From Acidobacteriota bacterium (GTDB lineage: Bacteria > Acidobacteriota > Vicinamibacteria > Fen-336 > JAGNNV01), in contig JAQBHL010000041.1 of NCBI GenBank assembly GCA_032127745.1, positions 10,230 through 74,229 of the forward strand: a DNA stretch of 64,000 bases, in the 5' to 3' direction. Shown piece after piece: positions 61,760-64,000 of the stretch. The position numbers and the translations under genes were made by a program. Below the pieces are notes generated by a model that had not been told where the DNA came from, made no database searches, and saw only the letters and a list, made by a program, of their open reading frames with translations. Each line of letters opens with the position of its first letter. The first letter of the stretch is position 1.

Positions 61760-63597
61760 GTGCGCCGCCCGCCCACTCTGGCACCGGGGTCGCCATCATG
61801 GCTCGCGACCTGACCAAGGTCTATCGAAAATACCTTCACAAGAACCAATTCACCACCCTCAAGAGCGCCATCGTCTCCGGATCCCTGATCCGTGATCTAA
61901 GCCCCAGCGAACTTTTCACCGCCCTCGATCATGTCTCGTTCGACGTTCCGCGCGGCTGCACCTACGGAATACTCGGCGAAAACGGCTCGGGGAAGTCCAC
62001 CACCCTGAAGCTCCTCTCCGGCATCACCAAGGCCTCGAGCGGCACCCTCGAGGTCTCGGGGCGTGTTTCGGCGCTGATTGAACTGGGCGCCGGCTTTCAC
62101 CCGGAGATCAGCGGGCGCGAAAACGTGGCCATCAACGGGGTCATGCTCGGCCTCAGCCGGGCGGAGGTGACGAGGCGCTTCGACGAAATAGTCGAGTTCG
62201 CGGAGATGCAGGACTTCATCGATGCTCCGGTGAAGACCTACTCGTCCGGGATGTATGCCCGTCTCGGCTTTGCCGTGGCCATCCACGTGGATCCCGACGT
62301 TCTGCTGATCGACGAGGTGCTTTCGGTGGGCGACGAGGCTTTTACCAGGAAATGTCTGGAGAAGATTGGCGAGTTTCGCCGGCGGGGAAAGACCATCGTC
62401 ATCGTTACCCACAGTCTTGGTCTGGTGGAAAAGATGTGCGACGAAGCGCTCTGGCTGCGCAAGGGCAAAGCCATGGACTCGGGCGACCCCAAAAGAGTCA
62501 TCGACGCGTATCTGAGCTTCGTGGCCGCTCGGGAGAATGAATTGCTCGGGAAGAAAGAGCACCTCGAAGTGACCCCGGGCGACGCGCGAATCACCGGTGA
62601 AGCGCCCGAGGAAAAGCGGCGATGGGGAAGCGGGGAGATGATTTTCACCGACGTTCGCCTGAAGGACGCGGAGGATCGCACCGCCCACGTCTTTGTTCCC
62701 GGCGACACCCTCAGACTCGAACTCAAGGGCGAGGCCAGGGCTCCGGTGGAGGACTTCGTCTTCGGCCTTGGCATCTTCACCGCCGACGGCACGGCGGTTT
62801 ACGGAACGAACACCCACATCGAGCAGTACAAGTCTCGGCGAGCCGAGGGTGTCTTCAGCGTCACCATCGAGATCCAGGATCTGAGACTCGTCGAAGGCAG
62901 CTATTTGCTCGATGTCGCGATACACCGGAAAGACGGGACGCCGTATGACTACCATCGCGGCCTCTACGCCCTCAGGGTGCGCAGCCGGGTGAAGGATGTG
63001 GGGGTGTACCGGCCGCACCACACCTGGACCTTCTCCGCGGCGCTCCAGATCGACGAACCGCCGGAACGCCAAGAGCTCGAGCTTCGAGCGGTGGAGCGAG
63101 TCGAGCGAAGGAAGGCCGCAGATACCATAGAGGCCCTCCACCACGACCGAGCGAGCTTTCGGGCACTGGGCAGAATCGTGGTCTTCACCAACGGCTGCTT
63201 CGACATCCTCCACGCCGGACATGTCCGCCTGTTGGAGCGCGCCCGCGCCGAGGGTGATGTCCTGGTCGTGGGCATCAACTCGGATGCCTCCGTGAAGCGG
63301 CTCAAAGGCGACTCCAGGTCGGTGATCGAGGAGGCCGAAAGGGCGGAGGCACTCCTGGCCCTCGAATGCGTGGACCGGGTTGTGATCTACGACGAAGACA
63401 CTCCGCTCGAGACCATCGAGGCCTTGCGCCCCGACGTTCTGGTCAAAGGCGCCGACTGGGCGCTCGAAGACATCGTGGGTCGTGACGAGGTCGAGAGTAT
63501 CGGCGGGCGGGTGGTGCGGGTCGAGCTCCTGCCCGATCGGTCGACCACCGCGCTCATCGAGAAGGCGGAGGGCAGAGCCCACCCCGCTTCCAAGTGA
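61756..63597 (+). CDS. Polysaccharide ABC exporter ATP-binding protein (Wzt-like) fused to a C-terminal HldE-domain-II / cytidylyltransferase-like nucleotidyltransferase
   Basis: ABC ATPase (GENGSGKSTTLKLL, LSGG-type YSSGMYARLGF, ..LLIDEVLSVGDE..). A Wzt-C-like beta-sandwich follows (..FTDVRLKD..LRLELKG..YLLDVAI..). After a coiled linker comes ..RIVVFTNGCFDILHAGHVRLLERARAEGDVLVVGINSDASVKRLKG..VDRVVIYDEDTP..VLVKGADW.. (HxGH nucleotidyltransferase). ATGA overlap with wzm. Confidence 0.85.
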   Translation: MSAPPAHSGTGVAIMARDLTKVYRKYLHKNQFTTLKSAIVSGSLIRDLSPSELFTALDHVSFDVPRGCTYGILGENGSGKSTTLKLLSGITKASSGTLEVSGRVSALIELGAGFHPEISGRENVAINGVMLGLSRAEVTRRFDEIVEFAEMQDFIDAPVKTYSSGMYARLGFAVAIHVDPDVLLIDEVLSVGDEAFTRKCLEKIGEFRRRGKTIVIVTHSLGLVEKMCDEALWLRKGKAMDSGDPKRVIDAYLSFVAARENELLGKKEHLEVTPGDARITGEAPEEKRRWGSGEMIFTDVRLKDAEDRTAHVFVPGDTLRLELKGEARAPVEDFVFGLGIFTADGTAVYGTNTHIEQYKSRRAEGVFSVTIEIQDLRLVEGSYLLDVAIHRKDGTPYDYHRGLYALRVRSRVKDVGVYRPHHTWTFSAALQIDEPPERQELELRAVERVERRKAADTIEALHHDRASFRALGRIVVFTNGCFDILHAGHVRLLERARAEGDVLVVGINSDASVKRLKGDSRSVIEEAERAEALLALECVDRVVIYDEDTPLETIEALRPDVLVKGADWALEDIVGRDEVESIGGRVVRVELLPDRSTTALIEKAEGRAHPASK

Positions 63598-64000
63598 ATT
63601 CTCCAGCCCCGTTTCTGGCCCGGGAGCCAGGCTTTGTGGCCCTGCGGCGCGCGATGGACGAGGGCCGCACCACCCGCGTCACCGGTCTGTTCGGGCTGGC
63701 CCGTCTTCTGGTTCCGCTCGCGAGCACCGACCGCCTGCTGGTATTCGTCACCCCGCACGAAAAAGACATCGAATCGCTCTCGGGGGATCTCGATACCTTG
63801 ATCCCCTGGCTCGGAGGGCGAGGCGCCCTCGCCACCTTCAGGGACGTGCCCGCGCTCATGGCGGGGACCGGTCCAACCCCGGAGGACCACGAACGAACCC
63901 AGTCGACCCTGGCTCTGCACGATGGCGCGGTGCGTGCGGTGTTGCTCTGTGCCCCCGCCCTCGTCCACTCGGTGCCCGCGCCCGACGTCATCGATCGGAA
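63594..64000 (+). CDS. Partial CDS, possibly transcription-repair coupling factor (Mfd-like N-terminus)
   Basis: A GTG start overlaps the wzt TGA (GTGA). ..VTGLFGLARLLVPLASTDRLLVFVTPHEKDIESLSGDLDTL.. resembles the UvrB-homology N-terminus of Mfd. Runs off the window end. Confidence 0.45.
   Translation, partial: MNSPAPFLAREPGFVALRRAMDEGRTTRVTGLFGLARLLVPLASTDRLLVFVTPHEKDIESLSGDLDTLIPWLGGRGALATFRDVPALMAGTGPTPEDHERTQSTLALHDGAVRAVLLCAPALVHSVPAPDVIDR

Noticed and set aside
61775-61795. TGGCAC-N5-TCGC sigma-54-like -24/-12 element
   Set aside because: It lies inside the start of the wzt coding sequence with nothing to drive downstream of it, and its -12 element is off consensus. It is likely a chance match in GC-rich DNA.

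Overview
This 64 kb window is a high-GC (about 65%) bacterial chromosome segment that spans the replication-origin neighbourhood. Read by eye, it is almost entirely coding, with no rRNA, tRNA, CRISPR array or obvious mobile element.

**Origin neighbourhood.** gyrA, gyrB, dnaN and dnaA lie on the minus strand, with a 259-bp AT-rich intergenic spacer between dnaN and dnaA. Divergent from dnaA on the plus strand are rpmH, rnpA, yidD, yidC, rsmG, parA, parB and a bactofilin gene. recF, jag, mnmE and mnmG are absent.

**Housekeeping blocks.** These include tgt-yajC-secD-secF, rplU-rpmA-obg-nadD-rsfS, lpxC, glmU-glmS, a uvrD/pcrA-like helicase and an F1-type atpH-A-G-D-C block with no F0 genes adjacent.

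**Most notable accessory content.**
- An eight-gene, translationally coupled minus-strand glycosylation operon (1-9504). Its epimerase carries N-x-x-x-K where the SDR catalytic Tyr is expected.
- A selD whose conserved active-site Cys position is an in-frame TGA, implying selenocysteine.
- A Wzm/Wzt ABC exporter whose ATPase carries an extra C-terminal HldE-domain-II-like nucleotidyltransferase domain.
- An Omp85-type outer-membrane protein whose periplasmic part is an HExxH metallopeptidase-like domain plus PD40 beta-propeller repeats instead of POTRA domains.
- A PspF-like sigma-54 activator with a GAFTHA loop and a Walker-B 'DH', translationally coupled to rsfS.
- An ECF sigma / STAS antagonist / small-ORF module.
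- A tiny promoter-to-terminator unit encoding a 16-aa Lys/Ala peptide.
- Two conserved N-terminal coding regions (rnpA, wzm) that lack any canonical start codon.
- Two TonB systems.

All functional calls come from motif recognition by eye in the translated ORFs. No database search was run.
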